50,431 nt of DNA, taken from Catajapyx aquilonaris (taxonomy: Eukaryota). The first letter of the stretch is position 1. Each line of letters starts with the position of its first letter. Shown piece by piece: positions 13,501-26,077 of this stretch. The notes under the pieces were generated by a model that did no database searches, was not told the origin of the DNA, and saw only the letters and a program-made list of their open reading frames with translations. The position numbers were made by a program, and so were the translations under genes. The DNA lies in assembly GCA_000934665.2 (NCBI GenBank), contig KZ537991.1, positions 124,001 through 174,431 on the forward strand. Reading direction: 5' to 3'.

Positions 13501-16500
13501 GATCGTTGTCGAAAAAATGCAATTATTACATTCCGCTATTAATACGACCACAATAAATGTCAGCCCGGTCTGTATAGTATAATTAGTGCGTGACTCTATA
13601 ATGTAGATGGCAATTTAACAGGAGGAATTTGATCGATTAATTCAGATATTATCGTTATTCGTGCGCTGACAGGTTTTAATTATTATTCCCCATGAATACG
13701 TATCATGCGGAAATGTCATGACTTATGTAGTTGAAATTACAAATCCAGATTGCATCATTTTTGATACACTTACTATCGCATGATGGTCCAAGAGATTAAT
13801 GGCCTAAAAATATGGTTCAGAATGAAATATTTTAGGCAAAACTTAGCTTAAAGGTCCAACCACACAACAGGAGCACCTTCATTACAAATGTGACTATTCC
13901 TGCCTTTGTTCTGATCATTCAATTAAGAGTCGAACAAGCCACATTCCCCAACCTGATAGCTTTCTGAAGCTTAATAAGATCAAACATGCCTGTTTGATGC
14001 CCCTTCCAGGAACAAGCACAAAATCTCTGCGCTCATTATCAAAAATGTAAAAAAAGACGCAACTTTCTGCTAATACCATGCAAAAGCTCTAATAATTGTT
14101 TGCAGATTTATAGCAAACAGGAAGAAACGAATGGGCAGTAATTAATTAAACACATCGCTCCACGGCCGGCTAGGAACATAATACGTTACTGATTAACATG
14201 CTCATTATTTTTTTCCTACCCCCAGTAGAGTACACTACTCTGTACGTCCGCATTGTAGAGTAGAAAGTATTTATACTCCGTCGGACTTGGGCCCCCCAGT
14301 AGTTCGTTCTCCTGTGAGAAGACACTCTGACCGAAAGCTCGATATCCACTTTGGATAGAAAAAGAAGAATCGACTGCTCCCGGATTCCCATCCAGTGCAG
14401 TCCCAAAGATTAAGGAGACAGTTTTCCAGGGCAGAAGTAGAAGAAGAAGAGTGAGAAGAGAGACAAACCCTACAGAGAGAACACCTTTGGACTCAATCTC
14501 GCGAAGGGAAACGGGGCAAAGTCTCATGTCCCGCCAGCAAAAGGCTGTCCTCTGCAATACTTCCCCTTCACCTAAACTCGTTATTGGAGCCAGGCTAAGG
14601 TTTCCAAAAAGGAAACTTCTCTTTTTTTTCCCCCAGCCTCCTTTCTCTCTCCTTCCCCTTTTCTTGCGGATACAAACGATCTCTCTTTTTTTTTCAAAAA
14701 CCTTTTGTTCTCTTCCTTCATGAAGTTTCAATTGCTGACTACCTTTTTTTTGTTATCATGTGACCTAGTTCTCGAGGGCAAGCTCATTTTGTGGCCTGTT
14801 GTTTACATTGCAAAACTGTGAATAATGACTTGTGAGCACATTTTTTTCAAACATACTTGCATTAATATGTTACTGTTCATACACCCCCCATACAGCCCCC
14901 AAAAAATAGAGTTCTCAGCATGAACTTTCTGCTGCTGTGCTTTCTCCATTTTTATCGACGTCACGTCCCGGTGTCAGAAACAGGATCAGAACCGAGCCCG
15001 GGCGTTGACTTATAGTCTGCAGCAGAGCAATTACAAGTGCGTTCAGATTCTGGGCTCCCTCCTGAGCTGTACATATACGAGGTCATAGCTCGAGGGGGCC
15101 ACCTATAAACCTGATCCCGGCTATTACGCCATCCGCAGATAATGTTACGATCCACGGGATGAGGTTAGGAGGTCGGTTCCTCTCCTGATAGCTTTTTTTT
15201 AAAGGGGGCAAAAAAATAAATTTTGGGGGGGAGAGGCCGTTGTAGAATGTAAACTCAGGGAGCGTCAAAATCTCCCGGGAGCCACCTAATATATCGCTCG
15301 GTGTTGATACAAATTTTACGGTTATCGAGTTACACGAGGTCAATGCTAAGTAGGAATTCGTTAAGGGGAGTAATGCCCGTATTCGCTCACAGCTTTTTTT
15401 TTTTGGATGTTTTTTTTTCTACCCCCCCCCCNGCTCTCCCGTTTCCAAAAGAAGACCATTTGGTTAAGAGACGAGGAAAAGCTTTTTACAGGCACTCTCT
15501 GGGAGGAAGGGAACAAAACAGAAGCCCCAGAAATAGAGTCCATGACATTGATACCCTTCCCAGAGGGCTCCAAGTGGTAGAGAGAGGTGTCAGGGAATTT
15601 CACGGGGTTCTGAACACTCCTTTTCGGGGCCTTGCCAATTTCGCTTGTATTTTGTGGGTGGGGTTTTGCAACAAGAGGCAGTCTCCAAAATTGCAATAAG
15701 TGATGGCGCCCACGCAGAAAACTCCCAATATTCCGAGGGGCCGTGTCCACATTTAAAACCCGTCTTTATTGTGTACTATCGCACACATTCTGGGGTCTAC
15801 CACCCCTCGACCAGCGTCATTATTTAAACTGGGCGCTTTTACCTCCCCCGGACATGTTGATACGTGGCTTCTTTTTTTTGGGACCAGACGACCGCATCTA
15901 AATAGTCGGACCCTTTAATATCACTCGTTTGCGGGGTGGCGTTGGAAGGTAGTGCACCTATTTTTTTTTAAAAAAAAGAGGGGATATTAAACTGGGGGAA
16001 AAAGAGGGGATCGAAAATGTCCTGGGTTGTAAATCGTTGGGTGCGGAAAAGGATCGTGCCCGCGAAACATTTCTACAAATTGCGTCCCAATCCGACCAGA
16101 AGAAAAAAAAGGGCCTGCGCTCTCATTTGGTGCGTGTCCGACTCCGATCCGGACAAAAGTTGGAGGGAAGTTACAGGTGCACAGATTTACAAGAGAACGG
16201 CTCATGTGACAAGAACGTAAAGACTGAGAAAGGGACTGATAAGCTCGGGAACACACAGATAATTTTTTTTAAACGGAATCATGCATTTTAAAATGAGACT
16301 TTTGGACTTCCTCCATTAATCATTAAGGGAATCGCAGCGCGTTACAGTGTACAGAGAGCGTGGGAAAACTTGCTGAATAGTTGCTCTTAGCAAAGTACTG
16401 TAAGCCATAAAATTGTAGTTTAACAAGAATTTACTCCAGAGAATAGTTTAAAGATTTTGAGCACGTTCATGCCTCATACGTTTATAGCATAGTTCAAGGG

Positions 16501-19500
16501 AGATCTCTCTGAACTTTACAAAGTAATTAGCAAGGTAAGGCTGTCAGCTCTCTAATATGTCAAAGTGAATAATTACCCATCGGTTTTTTTGTGTGTGTAA
16601 AAATCTAAACAGATCAAACGGGATATGTAGCTCCAAAGCGGATATGCAGGAGAGGCGTATGAGCGGATTATTCTTTGACATGATATGACAGGGGCGCACT
16701 GTACAAAGTCATGTTTGTCAAAATCATTGTTGAGAGGCCATGTCCTATTACTATGCAGATGCTTTTCATTGCAGCTTAATTGATGTAAGTTACAGTCATG
16801 AAACTGCGCCGGATATGCAGTAATTATTGCAGTTAACTCCTGCACAAGCAAACTTGAGTCAAGTGTCCCCCTGCAACCAATAATGACTGGCCCATAAGCT
16901 TACCTTTTGGTGCAGTGTCACTTGAGAGAGCCCGGTCTCTCTCAGCCATGCCGGGTAATCACTGCCACGTTGTTTGGACAGCGTCCAAAACACCCAAAGT
17001 TTATCCAGCAGTCTCGGAAGATAATCCCAGGGAAAGAGTCAAAATGGGGTTGTTCTCCGGAACCTTGGAGCGAAAACCCACTCCGGCCATTAACCGCTCT
17101 ATTATCCCCCCTACCTTTCCCTCAAACTTGAAACACCCCCCTCCCCCACCACCACCACCACCTTCCAACCCAAAGCTTCAAATGAAGTTACATTAGGTAG
17201 AAAACCTCGTTGGGACCCCCAAGAAATGAAAAGCTGGGTCCAATCTCCTCCTCCCAATTTGACCACCGGTTTTCCCAAGAGGTGTTATGGTGTCTGAGTC
17301 TTTCGTGTCCTGAGACTTGGGAAGGGGAGGAGGGGGAAAAAAAGAGGGGGCTAGAATCACCCTTTGGGTTTACGCCCACCTTATATCTCTTTTTGTGGCT
17401 TGTCCCGCGACCTGTTTCCATTAGGGATGCTCTTAGATGGGCCTCTCAGGACTCCTTCGCCCACTGGCCACACTCTCCTTCTCCTGAGGTGGGTATTAAC
17501 CCAGGGACACCCTGCCCACCACCTTCTAATGGGCCATGAAAAAAGACGCGCCCTGGATAGATTGATGTACCCTCCAGCTTACACGTGGTGGGCCAATCGT
17601 AAACCTTGCTAAAAAAACTGAGCAGATTTTTTTTTGCTGATCAGTTCAGACTTTTCATTTCGCTGAATATTATCTTCGGAGCAACGACCGCTATTGCTTC
17701 TGGGATGAGGTCTGCAAGCCTAGGACCGGATCCGATTTGGCCCATCTGACACAGGGATTTGCTATGCAGGAAGGACACGCTGCACCATCCCCAAAAAAAG
17801 CAGGCAGAAAGTGCAAGCGGTTATCTTTGAGGGCGGAGCGTTGTAGAGAGAGAGAAAAAAAATGTAAAGCCGGTTTGTTTCTCTCCACGCGGGCATCATA
17901 TAACTGTCCGATGGAGACGCCACATATTTCCTGCGTTATTAGGTTTTTATGCTCGAGGAAGACGATTTGTTTCCGCTGCCTTGCGCAATGGGGGTGCAAC
18001 TGCAACGACTGATCCTTATGCCTGGGGCACGGCCAAGAATAAAGGAAAAGGGGGGGTGGAAAAAAAAGGAGTAACCGAGATGCCATCGATGTCTAAATCA
18101 TTTGGAGACACTCGGCCGGGAGATACATATTGCAACACTTGAGACTTGTATCAATTTTCACAGCACATATAAATTATGTGGATAGTGCAGTACATAGTGT
18201 CATCATACTCTCCGTGAAAAGTTTATCCTGCGAGGTAGACAACCCGAGAAACAAGCGTGGCTCTTGGGTTGCGTTGAATGGCCAGGATAAGATTTGACCT
18301 TCACTGAAAATGAACTGGGGTTGTTCTCTGGCACGAGTGCTATAACAGTAATTACTGATTATGTTACACAATCGAAATTGTTGCTAATTTTTCAACATAA
18401 GTCGTTACACATTTTTAAAAAATGCGATTGACGAATCCCTTTTTGACCATACTTGTCTGACAGATTTTTTTTGCACGCCTACACTTGTCAATCACTATTT
18501 CAGATATGGAACTGTCGCCAATATGAAATCTCAATAGTAATAATCCACATTAAGCGACCCACACTGATATATAACAACTTCTCGAATCTCATAATCCGTC
18601 TCCGAGTTTCCCACCGATTTTTTTTTTCCTTCCACCTTCTTCATCCTCCAACGCTGTCAAAAGAAATTGTGGCCTGAATCCTCTTCTCTCAGACTTCAAT
18701 AATTCCTTCTCACTTTCTTCCCCCCCAACGTCTCTCCCTCTTTTCCTTATTCCATCCCTCCCCCCACCCCGCCTCTCCCCACCCTTCTTCTCCACGTCTC
18801 GAAATTCTCCCACCTTCTTTTGCAATGTAAATGCTCCATCCGAAACGCTTTTATGTGTTCGCGTATTGATTATCTGACACCGTCGGCCCTGCTGCGATAT
18901 AGATGCAACTAAGTAGCATTGCTTCATTCTGGCTCCTATCCCATTCCCTTGCTTTCAGGTGGATGCTGCCAGGATTTGGCTCCAAATGGGGATGGAAAAA
19001 AAAGTGGGAGAGAGAAGGGGATGGGAAAAAATCCGTTTATCAGGTGAGAAAAATGCTCGAAATTAAACTTGTCATGCTCTTATTTTCCAGCCTAAATAAT
19101 CAAGAGACCTGTGTACTGATTAGCTCGAGAGTGGCTAATGGAACCGGATCGATATCCAAATCAACCTCCCCCTAATTTTCTTTTTTTTTTTGAAAAAAAA
19201 GAGAGAGAGAAGGGTGGGTTTTAAAGTGACTCAACATCCTAAAGAGTTCAGCATCCCAAACCCCCTTCCTCTCTCTCTCTCTGGACTCTTTACTCATTCA
19301 AGCGAGGATGGAAATGAGAAGCAGCATCCAGGCCTATTGCTTTTCACAATCCCCCCCCCCCCTCTTCCAGCCCTCCCCATGTTAGTTGGGTGGGCTCGGT
19401 TTCTGATGAATTGGAACACGTCAATGGGCCGTAGTAAAATTGCCATGCACACAGCTGCCCTGCCTGCAAGCACCATAATAACTAGGATAGGGAGAAAAGG

Positions 19501-20378
19501 GGGGTACAGATGCGAGCACGATAGATTTTTTTCGCAAATTTTTTTTGTTGGTTCTTTTTGCAAGTTCGACACGTCAACTGGCGTGCGATGAATATCAAAA
19601 ACGTCAACTCTCCACTTTTTTTTTTTTGCAGGCAGGGAGCAACTTCCTGCTTTACAAAAGGAGAAACAACTCACTCTGGCGACGATTTGCAAAACACGCG
19701 TTGAGTAAACTGCAGTACAGTCCGAAACAAAAATCTTGGAATCAACAATGTTGAAGCCACAACAAAACAGCGTTGAGAGCAACAACGTTATGAGCAGGTA
19801 GCCAATTTATGAGTCTCATTCAATGCTGCGTTCACACACAAACGCTAATTACCCATGGAATGACGTCACACTGTAACATTGCAGCCTCGTATTCATGTCT
19901 ATTCAAAGACCGGATCACTGACCCATGCATCACACATCAGCGTTATGCAAAATGTCTACTCTCTGTAATTGAGTTTGTCATTTTTTTCTCCGCCGGATTG
20001 ATTACATATCCTCTCAGCCTCTGAAGGGGTAAGGGTGGAGAATTAAAAAAGAGAGAGAAACCTTGGTAGATGCGATAAAGTGGGTGAGTGCACATCAGGA
20101 GGACTGCTACTCAACCCGGTTCCGGACCCACATCAGCACACCCCTCGAGGGCAGTTTGTCAATCTGCATGCATATTGCAAATTGGCGGTATAAAAGCCCA
20201 CACGTCTGTGATTCCACGCGCGGTCTGATTCCGTCTGAATTGAATGGAAAAGGGGGGGGGGGATGTGCTGGAAGGGGTAGAGAGGTGGGGGAGGAAAACA
20301 CAAAGTGAGTTACTTCCGCTCATTTGATCTGACAACGACCTGACTTTGCTATGCTCCTACTGCCTATACAGTGTAACA

Positions 20379-20721
20379 CAGGGTGGCGCACAAGTACCAT
20401 ACATGAAAATGTCAGTAACCTCGTAACATCCTTGGTTAGTGTATGTGAAATTACAGATATAAAACGAGAGGCTACCTCGTTATGACTATTGGAAGTGGAG
20501 AGGGGGGGACGCTATACATTATCGTAGGGGATGCTCCCTCGTTGTGGTTTCCCGCACCAAGGGAGCTCCTGTATGTAAGGTATGTTGTGCAAAATTCTAA
20601 AAATTGCCATTCGTGTTCTGCGGGGAGGTTATAGGGTGGGGAGGAGGGGGGGAAAAAGCTGCTGGTCCGACCACAAAAAGTACAAAACTATGTACCGGCA
20701 CTTTTCATTTACTTCGCTCTG
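20379..20721. mobile_element. Highly decayed Tc1/mariner-like foldback element
   Basis: The left end CAGGGTGGCGCACAAGTACC resembles mariner-type TIRs and weakly matches the reverse complement of the right end. A central hairpin (20533-20566, 12/15 bp stem) extends imperfectly to about 20507-20590 (about 28/41) and is centred on the midpoint of the two ends (about 20550). Confidence 0.4.
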
Positions 20722-23700
20722 TGCCAGATGAGTGTCGAGGATATGAGCTTGATTACGCGCAGAGAGAGTTGTCACGTATGTGTGTGAACGCGTTTGTGCA
20801 TAATTTAACTTGCATTAGTGCTGAAGCGATGCGTCGACACAGATACTATTAGTTTATATGTGTAATGTGCAATATATACGGATACAGTGATTCTGAGCGT
20901 GTAGAACGCGTGGTAGTTACAGACAGCATTTAGCTATATGCGGTAACAGAACCGCACTTAACACCTGGTATATTGATGTAACTGGATGTGCTACTAGTGT
21001 TTGCACATTGGCATTACTTCGTGAAATTACTCGTTGGCTCAAATGCTTCATATACACAATTACTCAGCAGTATAATAAGTAGCATACATCACGTTTTATC
21101 AAACTAATTAACCAAAAAAGATATGTGTGTCTGTTAATTATTACTTCACAATTAGTACAATTTCAGTGCTTCTTTCTGAGCCAGAATTGCAATCAGGCTC
21201 AGCATTACAATCGTGGGGGTTGCCATGACGGATCTTTTTTAATGAAGATTGGGAGAGTTTACAAAGCACTTCCCTAATTGCTTCCAGGTGTAGTCATTAT
21301 CCTTTCCTGTTTCGACCTTATCGTTTGAGATCTTCAGGAAAACAGTCATTAGGTTTATGCTCGGGTCGCCTTTTTTAAAAAGAACCCCCCCCCCCCCTTT
21401 TCGCAATTGATGGTGGGAACAGTGCCAGTTTATATTTAGAACATCTCCATCGAATGATAATTCGCAGAAATCGATCCCATTTTACCTGTTTCAGCGTTCT
21501 AAAACTGTGCAAAAAAAAATTTGTTATGACTGCTGCCATATTCCAGGGGGAGTATATACCACCCCAAACCTTCCAAAAAAAAAGTTTAGACTCTTGAGGA
21601 GCTTATGGCAGAATTTTATGGGGTATGTGCAGAGTTATAGCTCTCCGCATCCTCAACTGTTTTTACTGCTGCATAACTGGATTGATGGAGAAACATCTCA
21701 TGGGATTCCAGGAGAAAATAAAGGGCTCTCAAAAGTTCGCTCTTTTTTTCGAGTTTTCCTCCTCCGCTTACATATTTGCACTGTGCGAAATTATGCGGCC
21801 TTTTTCCCCCTTTCTCCGCACGAAAAAAATCTATACGAATGTATAATTCTTACCGACTCTAATACTGGAACATTAAAAAAAGCCACTGCCTTTAATAAGA
21901 GAGCAAAAAAAAAATTCTTGAGACTTTCTCCTTTTTCGAAAAAAAAGGAAAAAAAAGAAAAGCCATTTAGTCCAAATCTCTGGAGATCGCCATACGTAAT
22001 TCCAAAAGTTGCCCCATTAAACAGTCCTGTGAAAAAGTTGTATCCATGTTTTTTTATGCGTCTCGCACACTTGCAAGGTGAATTCCAATTCACGACTTTC
22101 TTCGGCGTCTTCCACCGTCTTTTGAGGAGAGAGAAGAAAATGGAAAGAAAGAAAATTTTCTTCCCCTCTTCTCATCTCCGGTCTTAATACGCAGTTAGAG
22201 GGAAAATCTCGTCAATAGCAAAAGGCGAAGTCGGTTTAATGCAATTATCCGCATAGCCTTTAATCCATTCTTCGCCATCAGTGCCAGAGGGGGGGTAGAG
22301 AGAGAGAGAAGGAATTCGAATCGCACCGCACTTTTCATACAAATATGATTATCCACAAATCAAGAGCTGAAGCACGTCACGTTCCCACTGTACATTACGT
22401 CAACAACGACGGCAGTAATTCGCCCAAGCCCGCGCTTTCCTTACGTCTTTTGGCCCCCGAGATGGCGAGGAATTTAATAACAAGAGAAGACACGTTAAAT
22501 TTCACAAACAAGGGGCGGCTGAAAGAGTCCCATAAAATCTTATAATGCTCGGGGTTTGTGCAGCCTTTTCTCTTTGTTCATCTTTTCCCCCCAGTTGTTA
22601 CCCTGCAGTAAATCCTAGCCTTCCTTATTACCTACTGCAAATGGCTTTCTACATTTTCTACGCCGCCTTACCCCCCCCCCTCCCTTACCCTTTTCCCATT
22701 TCCTTCTCCCACCCCCCACCTCCCTTTCAACTAAGGTGATTTTCCTTTCCTCTGACAAGAAACGGTAGGATTTGTTATACGTCTGCTGCTGCTTCAACCC
22801 CCCCTTGTCTTGTAAGCGTGCTCTCTAAATAGTTTGCAGTTGAAGCAAAAGTTTAGATTAAAAGCAATATAATAAACGGAAGGGAGAGGCGGGAATAGGG
22901 AAGGGGACGGGGAGGAAAGGAAGGGTTGTCGAAATGATATTGTTCAGTATTTGAAAATATGACCTTGCACAGTGTTTCGATTCTATGGTACAATTCTGCA
23001 GGGGAGGAAAAGTTTTTAGGTACGGTAGATCTTGAACGGCTTAACCTGGTTATCAAGAAGTAATTTCGAGTGCCTAGTAATAGTCATAAGTAATAGATTG
23101 TCAAGATATCCGAATGTATTAAAATCATTTATGAAATAGGAAATGTAGCTTGTGGAGCTCAAGGGCATAAATCATTGGTAAATTATTTACCTGATAAATT
23201 AGGGGTCTGAGATCAAAAACAGCCATGTCCACCTTTGGGGGGGTGTAACACCAATACGTACAGAAATTATGTACTGTATTTAAAATGTCGTTTGATATTA
23301 ATTGCATATTTACGTATGTAGCTTAACTGCGGAAACATATGGACGTAAAAAGTTTCAAGACTGTCCCAGTGAAAGTTAAGTAATCATCAGTTTTTTTCTC
23401 TCATTTTACGATCAGTTTTTCCAAGTGTACTTTGGCAGCTTTTGATCTCACTGTCAGACCCCTCAAATCACATCTAAAAATACATGTTATTCGTTGGCAT
23501 TGTAGCCTGCATTTTCCATTGCGTATTCATCGTGTAATAACTTTCAATACCTCAGGGCAATACTTAAGCTATTGTGTCAAATTACTTAAGCCCATCAACT
23601 CGTGCTAAAGTTTGAGAGCCTCCCGCATTTTTGAAAATAATAATAATAATAAAAACCCCTCGCGCTTTTATGAACTTCACTACTTCACAGCCCATTTATA

Positions 23701-25208
23701 CTCACATTCTTAATTATAACGTTATCCTCTCGGAAACTATAAATTGTGCCGCCGGAATAGAGATGATGCTCAACTCGATCCCCACCCTCGCTCCCAGAAA
23801 TTTGCATACATAACTTCTTGTGTTGTAAACTCGGTGGGTGAAACTGCTAATGCTGCAAATCATCCCTGTAATGTCTCCCCCCCCCTCTCCTCCCATCTTT
23901 TGAGTTATGTAGCTGAGAAGTCGCATTTCCAGACCAGGCGAGTGAGGGAGAGGATGAAAGGGGGAGAGGAGGGGGGGGGGGGAAGAAAAAAAAGAGCCGC
24001 ATATCTTCATGGAAGATAATACCAAATAATGGTCTTACCCCATTAGAATTGAAATTCCCAACTCGCTAAGAACACAAATTCTGGCTCCAAAACTCTGCGG
24101 GGTGGGTGAAAATTTTCCTACCCTTAAAATATTCTCGTCCGAAAGAAGCAAAAGAGAGAGAGAGAGAAAAAAAGGCGAGATTCTGGTCACGCTAATGCAA
24201 ATTTACTTTTAAAACTTTTATCGCCTGCGCTCGAGAGGAGCTGCAATTATCACGTTAAGTTAGCCCCATTTTAAACCCGATAGTGATTTAAGTTAATTAA
24301 GAGGAAGGGTGGGGGGTGTAGGGACAGTTTAAAAGAAATAGAGGAATCCGAGCGTTCAACTTCGAGTCGTTAACCTATTGCCAAAATGTATTCACGGTTA
24401 ATTTAGAGACATTTTATATGCAAATCGGCCGCCGCATTAGTTCTAGCGTGATGACTGATGAGCAGCTTGGATATACGAGTATATGCTCCCCCCAAAGGAA
24501 CTTTACTTAAATCCACTTTCATTAACCAGAATTTTAGCCAGATTTTGTTCTGATAGATTTGCAATAATTACAACGATATCGTATCCCTTTCACTTATCAT
24601 TTTTTTTTTCGCAGAGATTTTCAAAATGTTCCCAGATTTTTGAGACACGGAGTCACACACACATACACAGAATAAACAAATCCTCGGGCGTACTGTTCCA
24701 CCGCAGTTCTAAGAGAACACTTTTGATTATCGGAGCATGGGTGTGCGGGTACCAAGATGACGGAAATGCGAGATGCCGGAAACAGGCAGGGAAAAGGGAT
24801 GGACCGAAGCCCAGGCTATAAAAGAAGCCTACGCACTAGTACTCTCTTTCTCTCTCCGCAAAACTCTGGGGGTATCGGTGTATTTATCTGGGAATCCGGG
24901 CAGAAAGAGAAGCCCGAAGGCATCAGAAAGAAGAAGAAGAAAAAAAGAAAGGAAATAAGAGAAAAGGACTTGGGGAAAAAGTGTCCCCTCCCTTACCTCC
25001 CCATACCCCTGAAATGGCCGCCGTTTCACATCCCTCCAGGGAATGCTGAACTTGCCGGATAGAAAGGTTGTGAGAGACAGGGCTTTCCCCGCTATCCACA
25101 AGGTGTCCATATTAGTTATTAAAAACCGCTCAAAACTGTTCCTTTCGTTAAGAGTGTGGTACTGGTGGAACCACGAGCAATTGGCTGGAAAAGAGCGAAT
25201 CCGAGATG

Positions 25209-25453
25209 TCATCAACTCAATTCGCTATTTTACCACCAGTGTCTCATGGCGCCACCGGTACGACACCATCAATGTCTACCAGTGTACCACTACCCCTCGC
25301 ACTACCCTGAGAGTGGCTTTTCACTCTCAGAAATATCACTCCTTTTTCGAGTGCTTTCCACTCGACTTTATTTGCATAGTTCATCACTTCGATTCGCTCT
25401 ATTGCCTCAAGCTGCTCGTGGTGCCACCCACACCATTAATGTCCAGCACTACT
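25209..25453. repeat. Diverged direct repeat pair (period 172 bp) enclosing two related hairpins
   Basis: 25209-25256 and 25381-25428 match at 35/48 positions ungapped, and similarity continues (acaccatcaatgtc vs acaccattaatgtc). Between them lie CTGAGAGTG-gctttt-CACTCTCAG (25307-25330) and TCGAGTG-ctttc-CACTCGA (25347-25365). Confidence 0.75.
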
Positions 25454-26001
25454 ATGCGATAACAGCTATTGAGGACAGCAGTTTTGCGATAACAGCGATC
25501 TAAAAATTCCGATCGCTTCTTACATGACTTGATCTCCTTTTCGGCCTGTTCCGATCGCGATTCCGATCGATCAAAAAAGTGCATAACTCACCACTGGCGT
25601 CGCGTCGAATTCAAATCCTGGCACTGGGTCACAGGCTCCTTCCTGAAAGGACATGAAAAAATTGGCTTGAATAAGTGAACTTTCCTTTGAATTTGACTAA
25701 TGCAAAAAGGGGGGGGGGGGTGGGATTTGCGGGTAAGGATGGTGGTGGGGAGGTGGGGAGGGGGGGGGGGAAGAGCAGATTCCCCATTTCCCACGCAGCG
25801 ACCTCCGACCTCTCTCACCAAAACTCGGGCATAATGCATGAAACACCTCATTTTGCTCTCGTGTTCCTCTCCCTCTCGAAACTATGAAACTAGCAAACTA
25901 TCTGGCCTCCTCTGAGCCTCACTCGCCTCTTGTATAGTTCCGGAAAAGCTTGTGTCTCAATTAACACGATTGTGTTAGCGCCCGGAAAAGGAATTAAAAC
26001 C

Positions 26002-26077
26002 CGATTAAGCTGATTACAACTTAGTTGAAAATTAATCACTTAAGTGATTAATTCATCGACCTGAGTTAATCTAATCG
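26002..26077. repeat. Perfect 24-bp palindrome within an imperfect foldback of about 76 bp
   Basis: AATTAATCACTTAAGTGATTAATT (26030-26053) equals its own reverse complement. The flanks keep partial symmetry: cgatta..gatta..acttag on the left, ctgagt..taatc..taatcg on the right. Confidence 0.8.

Noticed and set aside
21507..22187. Longest plus-strand ORF (226 aa); likewise the minus-strand ORFs 26926-27579, 30400-31032 and 42807-43532
   Set aside because: Mostly non-ATG starts, homopolymer-derived K/F/G/P runs and no recognisable domain; consistent with chance.
25327..25387. C/D-box snoRNA-like pair on the minus strand (GTGATGA ... CTGA)
   Set aside because: No terminal stem and no recognisable rRNA-antisense guide.
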